Positions 1 through 9,975 of a stretch of DNA of 64,000 nt are shown here, piece by piece; position 1 is the first letter of the stretch; every line of letters begins with the position of its first letter. This DNA comes from Acidobacteriota bacterium (GTDB lineage Bacteria; Acidobacteriota; UBA6911), in assembly GCA_963664705.1 (NCBI GenBank), contig OY761556.1, positions 5,440,001-5,504,000 on the forward strand. Direction: 5' to 3'. The translations under genes and the position numbers were made by a program. The notes beneath the pieces are model-generated. The model was given only the letters and a program-made list of their open reading frames with translations, had not been told where the DNA came from and made no database searches.

Positions 1-277
1 ATTCTGCTCTATCCAGAATCCACGCTTTTCGCAATTCCGGAAGACCTCGGCGCAAATCTATTTTGGCAGCGGGATCGGTGTAGGGGCCGGAGGTATCGTA
101 CAATCTGACCGGTGGATTGACCTCGAGTTTGCCATTCAGTCCTGCCGTGGGTTGCAGCTGGATCTCCCGCATGGGCACGCGAATTCCACGCGGACCGCTG
201 ACGTAAACCTTTCTTGAGCCGGGAAGCGGGTCCGTATTGGCCACCCGAGCATTCGGGGCAGCGTTCCGTATTTCCAT
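1..277 (-). CDS. thiC: Phosphomethylpyrimidine synthase ThiC, N-terminal part; runs off the window edge
   Basis: Not in the ORF track. Manual translation from the ATG at 277 (GGAGG upstream) gives [42 protein letters not shown]...[16 protein letters not shown]...[15 protein letters not shown], the typical long-form ThiC N-terminus. Confidence 0.92.
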   Translation of the reverse strand, partial: MEIRNAAPNARVANTDPLPGSRKVYVSGPRGIRVPMREIQLQPTAGLNGKLEVNPPVRLYDTSGPYTDPAAKIDLRRGLPELRKAWILDRAE

Positions 278-349
278 GTGCAACCTCCACTAAAAACAGG
301 AGCCGAAAATCAGGAGCTGGAATACTCTCCGGATTTCCTGGCCTCTTTC

Positions 350-1651
350 CTACGATTCCTCGACGCGGATCATGCGCGTCGGCGCCACAATGACGCGCAG
401 CGCATCAATTTCGAGCAGCGCTTTTTGCATGGATCCCTCGGTGGCTGCATGCGTCATCAGAACCACGGGTACCGCTTTCGCCTGATGCCGGACCTTTTGG
501 ATGACGCTGGCAATGCTGATTTCGTGTTTTCCCAGGATGCCGGTTACCTGTGCCAATACCGATGGCTGATCCAGCGCCGAAACATAAAGATAATAAGCAG
601 AGCTGACTTCATCCATGGGTTTCAGTACGAGCGGGTTGCGTCCCAGCACGGGAAGATCCTGCGGAACAGCAGCCTGTCCCGCTGCCAGCCTGCGCGCCAC
701 CTCTACAATATCGGCCCAGACGGAGGACGCCGTTGGCATCTGTCCGGCCCCTCTGCCATAGAACATCAGATCGTTGACGACATCCCCATTCAGGAAGACC
801 GCATTAAATACTCCCGAAACCGCGGACATGGGGGAGGCATCCGGAATCATGGTGGGATGAACACGCAGTTCCAGTATGCCGTCGGTCGCTTTGGCAATGG
901 CGAGCAGCTTGATTCGGAACCCCATCTCCCGCGCCAGCGTGATATCTTGAGGCGTGATCTTTGTGATCCCTTCTACATAGATTTCCTTCAGCTTTACGGA
1001 GGTGCGGAATGCAAGCGTTGCCAGAATCTGGAGTTTGTGTGCCGAATCAATCCCTTCTATATCATAGGTCGGGTCCGCCTCGGCATATCCCTGTGCCTGG
1101 GCTTCCGCCAAGACGCGTCCGAACTCCTGCCCTTCATCGGTCATCTTTGAGAGAATGTAATTCGAAGTGCCGTTAACGATTCCATATAGCGATGTGATCC
1201 GGTTGGCAACGAGGCCTTCCTTTACAGAACGGATCAGAGGGATTCCGCCGGCCACGGCGGCTTCGAAAGACAGCATCAGTCCCCGTTTGCGGGCTTCCTC
1301 ATAAAGCTCTTCCCCGTGTGTCGCCAGGAGTGCCTTGTTGGCGGTGACGACATGCTTTCCATTGGCAAGCGCCCTCTGAATAAAGCGGCTGGCCGGCTCC
1401 AGTCCGCCGATCAGTTCCACTACAATGTCGATCTCCGGATCATCCAGAACTTTTGAAACATCTGTTGTGAGCGGCAATTCACTGAGCGTAAGCCCTTTGC
1501 GGGGATTTGTCAGATCCCGATCGGCAATTGCCCGTAACACGATGGGTGCGCCGATTTTTTCCTCCAATTCGTCCCGATGCGATAGCAGAACCTTCGCTAC
1601 TCCCGCGCCTACCGTTCCCAGTCCAAGAAGCCCCACATTGATCGGTTTCAT
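350..1651 (-). CDS. hom: Homoserine dehydrogenase with C-terminal ACT domain
   Basis: GLGTVG Rossmann motif, VVTANKA, FEAAVAGGIP, GIVNGTSNYIL, GYAEADPTYDIEGIDSAHK; start MKPINV after GAGG. Confidence 0.97.
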   Translation of the reverse strand: MKPINVGLLGLGTVGAGVAKVLLSHRDELEEKIGAPIVLRAIADRDLTNPRKGLTLSELPLTTDVSKVLDDPEIDIVVELIGGLEPASRFIQRALANGKHVVTANKALLATHGEELYEEARKRGLMLSFEAAVAGGIPLIRSVKEGLVANRITSLYGIVNGTSNYILSKMTDEGQEFGRVLAEAQAQGYAEADPTYDIEGIDSAHKLQILATLAFRTSVKLKEIYVEGITKITPQDITLAREMGFRIKLLAIAKATDGILELRVHPTMIPDASPMSAVSGVFNAVFLNGDVVNDLMFYGRGAGQMPTASSVWADIVEVARRLAAGQAAVPQDLPVLGRNPLVLKPMDEVSSAYYLYVSALDQPSVLAQVTGILGKHEISIASVIQKVRHQAKAVPVVLMTHAATEGSMQKALLEIDALRVIVAPTRMIRVEES

Positions 1652-1815
1652 AGTCACCTCGGTGTCTCGATTATAGACCATTGCGTGCAATATTCAGGGG
1701 GGACACGCTGCTCAATTGAGACTGTCCAATTACAGACGGGAGCGTTCAACAATTGCGTAACCTGTCGCCGGAAATTAATATACCCTGTGTTGCCACCAAT
1801 CTGGAGAAGCGATTT

Positions 1816-2193
1816 ATGCCCCAAGATAAAAACAAGCCAGAAACAGATCGGCAGTTTATTGCCGAAATCCGACGTGAGCAGGACATCCGAATGCGGGGAT
1901 ATCGTGAACAGGCGCTGAGATTGTTTCCCCCCATTTGCGGGCGCTGTGGGCGTGAGTTTGAAGGAAAAAGGTTGCGCGAACTCACGGTTCACCATAAAGA
2001 TCATGACCACGACAACAATCCCCCGGACGGCAGCAATTGGGAATTGCTGTGCGTGTATTGCCACGAAAATGAGCATTCACGCCATTCGGTAGCAGATTGG
2101 TCGGAAGGCCCGGCTCCGGGTATGGGACAAGGCAGCGTCTCAACCTACAATCCCTTTGCTGGTCTCGACTCACTTCTCAAGAAAAAGAACTGA
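1816..2193 (+). CDS. YajD-family HNH nuclease
   Basis: YREQAL..CGRCGREF..LRELTVHHKDHDHDNNPPDGSNWELLCVYCHENEH and C-terminal NPFAGL; ATG at 1816 after GGAG. Confidence 0.9.
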   Translation: MPQDKNKPETDRQFIAEIRREQDIRMRGYREQALRLFPPICGRCGREFEGKRLRELTVHHKDHDHDNNPPDGSNWELLCVYCHENEHSRHSVADWSEGPAPGMGQGSVSTYNPFAGLDSLLKKKN

Positions 2194-2289
2194 TGGCACG
2201 ATATTGAGAAACTTTTACCCCAAAATTCAATGCCGGAGTCTGACCCTGGCATTGAACCTTGGGGTGCACGAGCGGAACGCCCCTGATTG

Positions 2290-3975
2290 TCAGGAACGAA
2301 CGAGAGGTTTGTACTTTATTCTGTGGGGCTGGTCGGCCGCCGCACCCAGCCGTTTTTTCCGGTCTGTCTCGTAATCCTGGTAGTTGCCCTCGAACCAAAC
2401 GACCTTGGAATCTCCTTCGAATGCCAGGATATGCGTTGCGATGCGGTCCAGGAACCAGCGATCGTGACTGATGACAACCGCACATCCCGCAAAAGACAGA
2501 AGCGCGTCTTCCAGCGATCGCAGCGTGTCGACGTCCAAATCATTGGTCGGTTCATCCAGGAGGAGCAAATTCCCACCGCTCTTCAGAACCTTGGCCAGGT
2601 GAACCCGGTTACGCTCACCTCCCGAAAGCTCCTTCACCCGCTTTTGTTGATCGGAGCCTTTGAAATTGAAGGCGGCTGCATACGATCTGGCCGGCACTTC
2701 CCGTTTCCCAAGAGTCACCGTATCAAGGCCATCGCTGATTTCTTCCCAAACCTGTCTTTCGCCGTTAAGAAGATCACGGCTCTGATCTACATAGGCAATC
2801 TGAACCGTCTCGCCTATTTTTAATGAACCGCTGTCCGGCTTCTCTTCCCCCACAATCATCCGGAAGAGAGTCGTCTTTCCCGCGCCGTTGGCGCCGATAA
2901 CCCCAACAATGCCTCCGGGAGGGAGCTTGAACGACAAGTCCTCCATCAGCATTTGGTCGCCATACCCTTTTTTTACATTGGCTGCCTCAACAACCAGGTC
3001 CCCCAGTCTCGGCCCGGGCGGGATATGCAGATCGGTGGCCTGGACACGCTTTTCCGCTTCGGCCTCTTCTGCCAGGAGCTTTTCATAGGCATTCAAGCGG
3101 GCTTTGCCTTTGGCCTGGCGCGCACGCGGCGACATGTGAACCCATTCCAGTTCGCGCCGCAACGTACGTCGGCGAGCGGATTCCTGCCTTTCTTCGGCTT
3201 CCAGCCGGGCTTGCTTCTGATCCAGCCACGATGAGTAGTTGCCTTCCCATGGAATACCTTCTCCACGATCCAGCTCCAGAATCCAGCCCGCAACGTTGTC
3301 AAGGAAGTACCGGTCATGTGTAATCGCCACTACAGTCCCAGCGTAATCCTTTAAAAAACGCTCAAGCCAGGCAACCGATTCCGCATCGAGGTGGTTTGTC
3401 GGTTCATCCAGCAGCAGAAGATCCGGTTTTTCCAGAAGCAGGCGGCAAAGGGCGACGCGTCTTCGCTCTCCTCCCGAGAGTCTTGTCACATCCGCATCGG
3501 CAGCGGGAAGACGTAAAGCATCCATTGCAATCTCGAGCGTCCGGTCGATCTCCCACCCATTGCAGGCGTCGATTGCATCCTGGACTCGCGCCTGGTCCGA
3601 AAGAAGCTTATCCATCTCGTCGGGGGAAAGCTCTTCCGCGAATTTTGCATTGATTCGGTCAAATTCTTCCAGAAGGCTTCGGGTAGCCCGGACCCCTTCC
3701 TCAACATTGGCCAGCACGTTCTTTCCCGGGTCAAGCTGCGGCTCCTGCGGCAGATAACCGACTCGAACGCCCTCTGCCGGCCAAGCTTCACCCAGAAAGT
3801 CCTTTACAACACCAGCCATGATTTTCAGCAGAGTGCTTTTTCCGGCACCGTTGGCGCCGATCAGGCCGATCTTGGCTCCCGGGAAAAACGAGAGCCAGAT
3901 TCCCTTCAACACTTCCCGGTTTGGCGGATAGACCTTGCGAAGGTCCTTCATAACATAGATATATTGATAGCCCAC
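2290..3975 (-). CDS. ettA: Energy-dependent translational throttle ABC-F protein EttA
   Basis: Two ABC domains ([29 protein letters not shown]) with EttA motifs [28 protein letters not shown]; GTG start after AGGAGG. Confidence 0.96.
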   Translation of the reverse strand: MGYQYIYVMKDLRKVYPPNREVLKGIWLSFFPGAKIGLIGANGAGKSTLLKIMAGVVKDFLGEAWPAEGVRVGYLPQEPQLDPGKNVLANVEEGVRATRSLLEEFDRINAKFAEELSPDEMDKLLSDQARVQDAIDACNGWEIDRTLEIAMDALRLPAADADVTRLSGGERRRVALCRLLLEKPDLLLLDEPTNHLDAESVAWLERFLKDYAGTVVAITHDRYFLDNVAGWILELDRGEGIPWEGNYSSWLDQKQARLEAEERQESARRRTLRRELEWVHMSPRARQAKGKARLNAYEKLLAEEAEAEKRVQATDLHIPPGPRLGDLVVEAANVKKGYGDQMLMEDLSFKLPPGGIVGVIGANGAGKTTLFRMIVGEEKPDSGSLKIGETVQIAYVDQSRDLLNGERQVWEEISDGLDTVTLGKREVPARSYAAAFNFKGSDQQKRVKELSGGERNRVHLAKVLKSGGNLLLLDEPTNDLDVDTLRSLEDALLSFAGCAVVISHDRWFLDRIATHILAFEGDSKVVWFEGNYQDYETDRKKRLGAAADQPHRIKYKPLVRS

Positions 3976-4122
3976 GCGCTTCCTCCTGAGAGATATTCAA
4001 CCGGGAAGTAATAACGTATTCCGTTCCCTTGTTCAATGAGCAAGGCTCAAAGAACTCTTTGCGCCGGCCACGCTTTGGTGATTTTGGCTCAGCCCGTTTT
4101 GACTTATCTCCATAAACAATAG

Positions 4123-4143
4123 CAATCACAATAATTGCGATTG
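4123..4143. promoter_or_regulatory. Imperfect 21-bp palindrome in the ettA / response regulator-hdr divergent region; candidate operator
   Basis: CAATCACAATAATTGCGATTG is self-complementary apart from one arm mismatch. Confidence 0.3.
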
Positions 4144-4273
4144 TCATTGTCAAATGTGGGTAGCTTTGTTTGCCACATAGTGGTATTACTTCACCAACCA
4201 GTTCCAAAGACATTGGTAGTTCGGGTGTCCTGTTTTGTGAAACCGGATTCGGTCCGGGAAAGGATAGATCGCC

Positions 4274-5149
4274 ATGGATTCGGGCGAGTTCTATCGTGAC
4301 TGCGATGGGGATAATGGCCATTCTGAGCCTGCGCGCCATAGGTGTGCGTGGATCATTGGAGGAGCTTTCGATTCATGGCTGGCCACTTTGCTCCATCTGC
4401 GTAAGAACGCGATAGAAGTGCAAATGCTCGATCTCGGTGCCGACCTCCGGGAAATCGTCAAGCGGGCTGAGCTTGAAGGGGGAGTCATCGTCATTGATCT
4501 CTCGAGAGATATTGATCGCGGCCCGGCAGTTATGGAAGCCTGTTACGGATATTCGGCTACCGTTCCCCTGATTCCAGTCGTGGCCGAGCCATCCATGGAA
4601 CTCGCGCAGCGTTTGAGGAACCTTCATGCTTTTTGCCTGGTGCCTCATCCCCTGGATGCCGGGAAGGTGTGTGCGGTGCTGGAAGAAGCCTTCAGCTATG
4701 CACAGAGATTGAAGCTTGCCGCGCATTCGCAAAAGAAAAGAATCCTTATCATCGATGATGACAAGGACTATCGTCGGTCGGTGCAGGCATTATTGGTGAA
4801 TGAAGGGCATGAAGTTTTTTGCGCGACGTCCGGCGCTCAGGGGCTGGAAATGGCGGTTTCCATCAAACCGGATCTGGTTGTGCTGGATGTGATGATGGAG
4901 AACACGTGGGCAGGGTATGAAGTCAGTCAGACCTTAAAATTCCAAAGCGGATACGAAGGCGTTGCACACGTTCCCATTGTGATGGTTTCGTCGATTGAAG
5001 AGCATCCCGCGGAGGTCTTCTCAAGATCCGGCGATCCGGCCATGGTCGGACCGGATGTCTATTTTACCAAGCCGCTCGATGTAAAACGGTTTATCGAGAC
5101 TGTTCGGTTACTATTGAAAACGGAATCTGCCGTAAAGGTTCAGGAATGA
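4274..5149 (+). CDS. Response regulator: degenerate N-terminal REC-like region plus canonical C-terminal REC, no output domain
   Basis: C-terminal ILIIDDD...PDLVVLDVMM...MVSS...FTKP; stop overlaps the hdrC start (ATGA). Confidence 0.85.
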   Translation: MDSGEFYRDCDGDNGHSEPARHRCAWIIGGAFDSWLATLLHLRKNAIEVQMLDLGADLREIVKRAELEGGVIVIDLSRDIDRGPAVMEACYGYSATVPLIPVVAEPSMELAQRLRNLHAFCLVPHPLDAGKVCAVLEEAFSYAQRLKLAAHSQKKRILIIDDDKDYRRSVQALLVNEGHEVFCATSGAQGLEMAVSIKPDLVVLDVMMENTWAGYEVSQTLKFQSGYEGVAHVPIVMVSSIEEHPAEVFSRSGDPAMVGPDVYFTKPLDVKRFIETVRLLLKTESAVKVQE

Positions 5150-5697
5150 ATAAACCTGCGTCGCGGCAGTCCGTTCTCGGTCAAGTCCGCACCCTGACGA
5201 ATCTTGATCCGGCCCGCTGTTCTCAATGCGGCAAGTGCACGGCCGGATGCCCCATGGCTTTCGAAATGACCCTCAAGCCTCACGGGATCATGCGGTTGCT
5301 GCAGCTGGATGCAGGCGATAAACTACTGGGCTCAGAGTCGCTTTGGCTATGCGTGTCGTGCGAAATGTGCACAACGCGTTGTCCAAGCCTGTTTGATCCC
5401 GCAGCAATCATTGATGCCCTGCGCGAAATCGCCTTGAAGGAAAACCCGGATCATGTCCCTCGTGAAATCAGAGCATTTCACTCGGCTTTTTTGCAGCAGA
5501 TCTGGAAGCACGGCCGTATATTCGAGCCGGGACTTCTCATTTCCTATAAATTGCGCAGCGGAGCATTATTGGCGGACGTCGGTTCTGTTCCCGGAATGAT
5601 GGCGCGCGGGAAACTTCCGAGAACACCCAACCGGATCAAAGGACTGCGGGAATTGCGCAGGCTTTTCGAAAAATGCTCGGTGGAGAAGCCACGATGA
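5146..5697 (+). CDS. hdrC: Heterodisulfide reductase subunit C-like 2x[4Fe-4S] protein
   Basis: CSQCGKCTAGCP and LWLCVSCEMCTTRCP; directly precedes hdrB. Confidence 0.93.
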   Translation: MNKPASRQSVLGQVRTLTNLDPARCSQCGKCTAGCPMAFEMTLKPHGIMRLLQLDAGDKLLGSESLWLCVSCEMCTTRCPSLFDPAAIIDALREIALKENPDHVPREIRAFHSAFLQQIWKHGRIFEPGLLISYKLRSGALLADVGSVPGMMARGKLPRTPNRIKGLRELRRLFEKCSVEKPR

Positions 5698-6593
5698 AGG
5701 TAGGCTACTTTCCAGGATGCTCTCTGCAATCCACAGCCCGGGAGTATGACCAGAGTTTGAAGGCGATTGCTCCGGAATTGGGCATTCAACTGGAGGAATT
5801 GCAGGATTGGGCCTGTTGCGGAGCAAGTTCCGCCCACGTGACCAATCATAGGCTCAGCATTGCTCTGCCGGCCCGCACGCTGATGCTTGCTCAAAAGCAG
5901 GACCTGGGCGCAATCTTTGCTCCCTGTGCAACCTGCTATAACCGGTTGGCTTCCGCGCAATATGCAATCGAGCATGATGCATCCATAGCATCGGAAGTTC
6001 GATCGATGTTTGCCGCAGATCCGCGGGAGAAATCTGTCCGGATTTTGGGTGTTCCCCACCTTTTGCTCGAAAAAGTTGAAGAAATTCATGCCGCCGTTAC
6101 GGTTCCGCTCCGGAAGGTGAAGGTAGCCTGCTATTACGGGTGCCTGCTGCTTCGTCCGGCACAGATCTGCCGGTTGGATGATCCGGAAGTTCCGACGTCA
6201 CTGGAAAAGATAGTGAGTGCAACCGGGGCAACTGCTGTTCCATGGGACAAGGCAGTAGAGTGCTGTGGCGGCGCGTTCTCGCAATCCCGACCGACATCGG
6301 TCGTGCGTTTGGGGCGCTCGATACTCAAATCCGCACGGACTGCCGGGGCCCAGGCCATCGTCGTTGCCTGCCCGATGTGCCACTCGAATCTCGATTACAG
6401 GCAGCAGGCTATGAATGCACGAGATCAGGAATCATCGATGCCGATCCTATATATCAGCCAGCTTCTGGGGTTGAGCATGGGTATGGACCCATTGCTGCTG
6501 GGGCTTGGAAGTCATTTCATCAGCCCCGAACCTCTCCTGGGTTCTATTGGTGCGGCCCAGTCCGGCTTGAAACACGAGGGTCATCACCCATGA
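5694..6593 (+). CDS. hdrB: Heterodisulfide reductase subunit B (two CCG domains)
   Basis: YFPGCS, WACCG, APCATC, YYGC, VECCG, ACPMC; ATGA overlap with hdrC. Confidence 0.95.
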   Translation: MKVGYFPGCSLQSTAREYDQSLKAIAPELGIQLEELQDWACCGASSAHVTNHRLSIALPARTLMLAQKQDLGAIFAPCATCYNRLASAQYAIEHDASIASEVRSMFAADPREKSVRILGVPHLLLEKVEEIHAAVTVPLRKVKVACYYGCLLLRPAQICRLDDPEVPTSLEKIVSATGATAVPWDKAVECCGGAFSQSRPTSVVRLGRSILKSARTAGAQAIVVACPMCHSNLDYRQQAMNARDQESSMPILYISQLLGLSMGMDPLLLGLGSHFISPEPLLGSIGAAQSGLKHEGHHP

Positions 6594-8608
6594 CTCGAAT
6601 CGGCGTCTTTATCTGCCATTGCGGTGAGAATATCCGGCGCACGGTGGATTGCGCTCGCGTGGCGCAGGTTTTGGGGGAAATGCCTGGCGTTGTGTATTCG
6701 ACCGACTATGTCTACATGTGTTCGGATTCGGGTCAGGCCCAGCTCAGAAAGGCGATACGCGAAAGAAAACTGGATAGAGTTGTCGTCGGCGCCTGCTCTC
6801 CCCACATGCATGAACGGACGTTTAGAAAAGCCGCGACAGCGGCGGGGTTGAATCCCTATCTTTGTGAAATGGCAAATCTGCGCGAGCAGTGCGCCTGGAT
6901 TCATGATGATCGGGATCAGGCGACGGAGAAGGCTATCGGGATTGCCCGCTCCATCGTGGAAAAGGTCCGATACAACCGTCCCCTATCCACCATTTACATT
7001 CCGGTGGAAAGGCGCGCGCTCGTGATTGGCGGTGGGATTTCCGGGATTCAGGCGGCGCTGGATATTGCCGATGCCGGGCGGGACGTCATCCTCGTTGAAA
7101 AGCAACCGTCCATTGGTGGGCATATGAGCCAGCTTTCGGAGACATACCCGACTCTCGACGGCTCTCAGTGCATCCTGATGCCCAAAATGGTGGAAGTTGC
7201 CCAGCATCCGCGCATCAAGCTGCTTACCTGTAGTGAAGTGGAATCCCTTGACGGATACATTGGGAATTTTACCGTCAAAATTCGGAAAAAGGCGCGAAGC
7301 ATTGACGAGGCGATATGCAATGGCTGCGGAGAGTGTCTGGCGGCCTGTCCCGCAGGAAGCATACCGAATGAATTTGAGGGAAATCTCTCTTCGCGAAATG
7401 CCATCTATGTTTCGTTCCCGCAAGCCGTGCCCGGGGTGCCGGTAATTGATCGTGCCAACTGTACCTATTTCAAAACGCCGGACCAGGACGGCCGCGAGCC
7501 GGCATGCAGAAAATGTGCGGCAGTGTGCGGCAGAAATGCGGTTGATTTTGGCCAGCAGGATTCGATTCTCACAGAGAAAGTCGGCGCCATCATTGTGGCC
7601 ACAGGATACCGGCTGTATTCCATTGATCGCGAGCAGGATCTGGATTTCCTGCGCGGCTATGGCGAGTATGGATACGGCACAATCCCCGACGTCATCAACG
7701 GACTTCAGTTTGAACGGCTGGCCTCGCCGTCTGGCCCGACCGGCGGAAAGATTCTGCGGCCTTCGGATGGGAAGGTGCCCAGGAACATTGTCTTCCTCCA
7801 GTGCATCGGGTCGCGCGACCCTTCCAAGGGGATCGCGTATTGTTCCAAGGTATGCTGCATGTACGTGGCCAAACACACGCTGATGTATCGCAGCAAAGTC
7901 CCCGATGGCAAGGCGGTCGTGTTTTACACGGATATCAATGCGGGCGGCAAAGGGTATGACGAATTCGTGCGCAGGGCCGTTGAAGAAGGCCGAGCCCTGT
8001 ATCTGCGCGGCCGCGTGTCCAGCATGAGACGGGATGGGGACATGATCCGCGTTCAGGGATCGGACACGCTTTCCGGCGAAGCTATTTCCCTGGAAGCCGA
8101 CATGGTTGTATTGGCGTCGGCTATACGCCCGCATCAGGAAAACATATCTTTGGCTCAAAAGCTCTCCATTGCATATGACCAGCATGGATTTCTCAACGAA
8201 GCCCATCCGAAGCTGCGTCCGGTTGAGACCAATACCGCCGGTGTCTTTATTGCCGGATCATGCCAGGCGCCCCGGGACATACCGGATTCCGTGTCCATGG
8301 CCAGTGCCGCCGCAGCCAAGGTGCTGGGTTTGTTCGGCAAGGAACTTCTGGAGCGGGAACCGTTGATTGCACGCGTGGATCGGGTTGCCTGCACCGGCTG
8401 TTTTGAATGCGAGCGTGTGTGTCCCTATGGGGCGATCGAAAGAAAGGAACGCAGGGATGCGCGAGGGCGCATGGTGAGAATGGTGGCAGAGGTCAATGCG
8501 GGAGTATGCCAGGGCTGTGGGACATGTCAGGCGATATGCCCTTGCAATTGCATTGACCTGGATGGCTGCACCGATGAACAGATTTACGCAGCGGTAAACG
8601 GCATCTGA
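6590..8608 (+). CDS. hdrA: Heterodisulfide reductase subunit A (FAD/Fe-S)
   Basis: RIGVFICHCG, ACSPHMHE, ANLREQC, GGGISG, CIGSRD...YCSKVCC, EAHPKLRPV, ferredoxin motifs; start MTRIG at 6590 overlaps the hdrB stop. Confidence 0.96.
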   Translation: MTRIGVFICHCGENIRRTVDCARVAQVLGEMPGVVYSTDYVYMCSDSGQAQLRKAIRERKLDRVVVGACSPHMHERTFRKAATAAGLNPYLCEMANLREQCAWIHDDRDQATEKAIGIARSIVEKVRYNRPLSTIYIPVERRALVIGGGISGIQAALDIADAGRDVILVEKQPSIGGHMSQLSETYPTLDGSQCILMPKMVEVAQHPRIKLLTCSEVESLDGYIGNFTVKIRKKARSIDEAICNGCGECLAACPAGSIPNEFEGNLSSRNAIYVSFPQAVPGVPVIDRANCTYFKTPDQDGREPACRKCAAVCGRNAVDFGQQDSILTEKVGAIIVATGYRLYSIDREQDLDFLRGYGEYGYGTIPDVINGLQFERLASPSGPTGGKILRPSDGKVPRNIVFLQCIGSRDPSKGIAYCSKVCCMYVAKHTLMYRSKVPDGKAVVFYTDINAGGKGYDEFVRRAVEEGRALYLRGRVSSMRRDGDMIRVQGSDTLSGEAISLEADMVVLASAIRPHQENISLAQKLSIAYDQHGFLNEAHPKLRPVETNTAGVFIAGSCQAPRDIPDSVSMASAAAAKVLGLFGKELLEREPLIARVDRVACTGCFECERVCPYGAIERKERRDARGRMVRMVAEVNAGVCQGCGTCQAICPCNCIDLDGCTDEQIYAAVNGI

Positions 8609-8669
8609 AACGATAGCACCCGCGGCGCTTTGCATGAATGAGCACGAATCCATTCGCGAGGATTCAGAC

Positions 8670-9098
8670 ATGGCGTTTGAGCCGAAGATAGTGGCGTTTG
8701 TGTGCAACTGGTGCACGTATGTCGGTGCGGATCTGGCCGGAACCGGCCGGATTGCAATGGCACACAACGTCCGGATAATCCGGCTGCCATGCGTCGGCCG
8801 CCTCGACACGCTGTTCATTCTGAAAGCATTCGAACGCGGTGCAGACGGAATCATTGTCGGTGGCTGCCATCCGGCGGACTGCCACTATACTTCAGGCAAT
8901 TACCATGCGCGGCGCCGGATTGCGGTATTTCGTGAATTTATGGAATTTGTCGGCATCGATCCGGAACGCATCACATTTTCCTGGGTTTCCGCTACGGAAG
9001 CGGGAAAGTGGGCGGAATTGGTGAACAAAACAACCGAACAGGTGCGTCAGCTCGGTCCTTTTCGCAACTATCCGGGAGTCACCGGAACACGGGTTTGA
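8670..9098 (+). CDS. flxD: MvhD/FlxD [2Fe-2S] subunit
   Basis: FEPKIVAFVCNWCTYVGADLAG, PCVGR, GCHPADCHY; alternative start at 8634. Confidence 0.93.
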   Translation: MAFEPKIVAFVCNWCTYVGADLAGTGRIAMAHNVRIIRLPCVGRLDTLFILKAFERGADGIIVGGCHPADCHYTSGNYHARRRIAVFREFMEFVGIDPERITFSWVSATEAGKWAELVNKTTEQVRQLGPFRNYPGVTGTRV

Positions 9099-9102
9099 AG
9101 TT

Positions 9103-9975
9103 ATGCAGGAATTGAGAATTCTAGCGAGAAAGCTCCTGGAGGAAAACCAGGTCCGTGCCATCGTGGGATACGAAGCTTATCGCCGAGGCGTGCGTCCTGC
9201 TTTTGTAACCGACCTTCGCCAGTGCGATAGCCTGGTGTTTGATCACAGGTGTGTACACAATCTCGCTGTTTACCTTTCTCCCGGGCGCACCCATGTTGTT
9301 TCCTTGGGCCGGCTGGCGGTTGTCATCAAGGGATGCGATGCGCGCTCGATAGCCGGGTTGATTCGAGAAAACCAGTTGAAGCGTGAAGACGTTGTGTTGA
9401 TCGGGGTGCGCTGCGGCGGTGTCGTAACGGATCCCTGCAACCCAGGGGACCTGAATTCGCGGAACCTGGCCCAGCGGTGCGTCCGCTGCAATTGCCGTGA
9501 GCCGGGCATAGCGGATTATCTGGTGGGCGAAATCGGCCCTGCGCCCAAAGCTGTGAATAGCCGGGATGCGAGACTTGCCGAAATGGAATCCATGAGCGTC
9601 GCCGATCGACTGACTCTATGGACCGATCTGCTTTCCCGGTGCACCCGGTGCTACGCTTGCCGACAGGTGTGCCCCATGTGCTATTGCGAACGGTGCATCA
9701 CCGACAAGACAGAGCCCGCGTGGATAGAAAGCTCGGCGCATCCTCGAGGCAATTACGCATGGCATATAACCCGCGCCATGCATCTGGCAGGCCGATGTGT
9801 CGACTGCGGTGAATGCGAGCGAGCCTGCCCATCACAAATCCCACTGGGTTTTCTGAACAGAAAGGTAGCAAGGATTGTTCAGGACCGATATGGGTACACC
9901 GTCACGGATGATCCCCTGCAGCAGACTCCGATGGGATCCTTCCGGCTCGATGATGGTGGGGAGTTCATTGCGTGA
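9103..9975 (+). CDS. flxC: FlxC-like 4Fe-4S dicluster protein
   Basis: KGCDARS, RCTRCYACRQVCPMCYCERC, RAMHLAGRCVDCGECERACP; position after flxD. Confidence 0.85.
   Translation: MQELRILARKLLEENQVRAIVGYEAYRRGVRPAFVTDLRQCDSLVFDHRCVHNLAVYLSPGRTHVVSLGRLAVVIKGCDARSIAGLIRENQLKREDVVLIGVRCGGVVTDPCNPGDLNSRNLAQRCVRCNCREPGIADYLVGEIGPAPKAVNSRDARLAEMESMSVADRLTLWTDLLSRCTRCYACRQVCPMCYCERCITDKTEPAWIESSAHPRGNYAWHITRAMHLAGRCVDCGECERACPSQIPLGFLNRKVARIVQDRYGYTVTDDPLQQTPMGSFRLDDGGEFIA

Noticed and set aside
278-1150. 290-aa plus-strand ORF
   Set aside because: Antisense shadow of hom with no recognisable motifs.
1816-2193. HNH nuclease as a defence or mobile element
   Set aside because: Matches the widespread stand-alone YajD family, in a housekeeping context.
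2194-2208. Sigma54-like TGGCACG
   Set aside because: No GC at the -12 position, and it lies between convergent genes.
6242-6589. N-terminal extension of HdrA in the ORF track
   Set aside because: Overlaps hdrB in another frame; the family start MTRIGVF at 6590 has an ATGA overlap and an upstream GAGG.
6983-8206. 407-aa minus-strand ORF (likewise 10850-11959, 39319-40404, 47333-48292, 60616-61467)
   Set aside because: Antisense shadows of well-supported genes.
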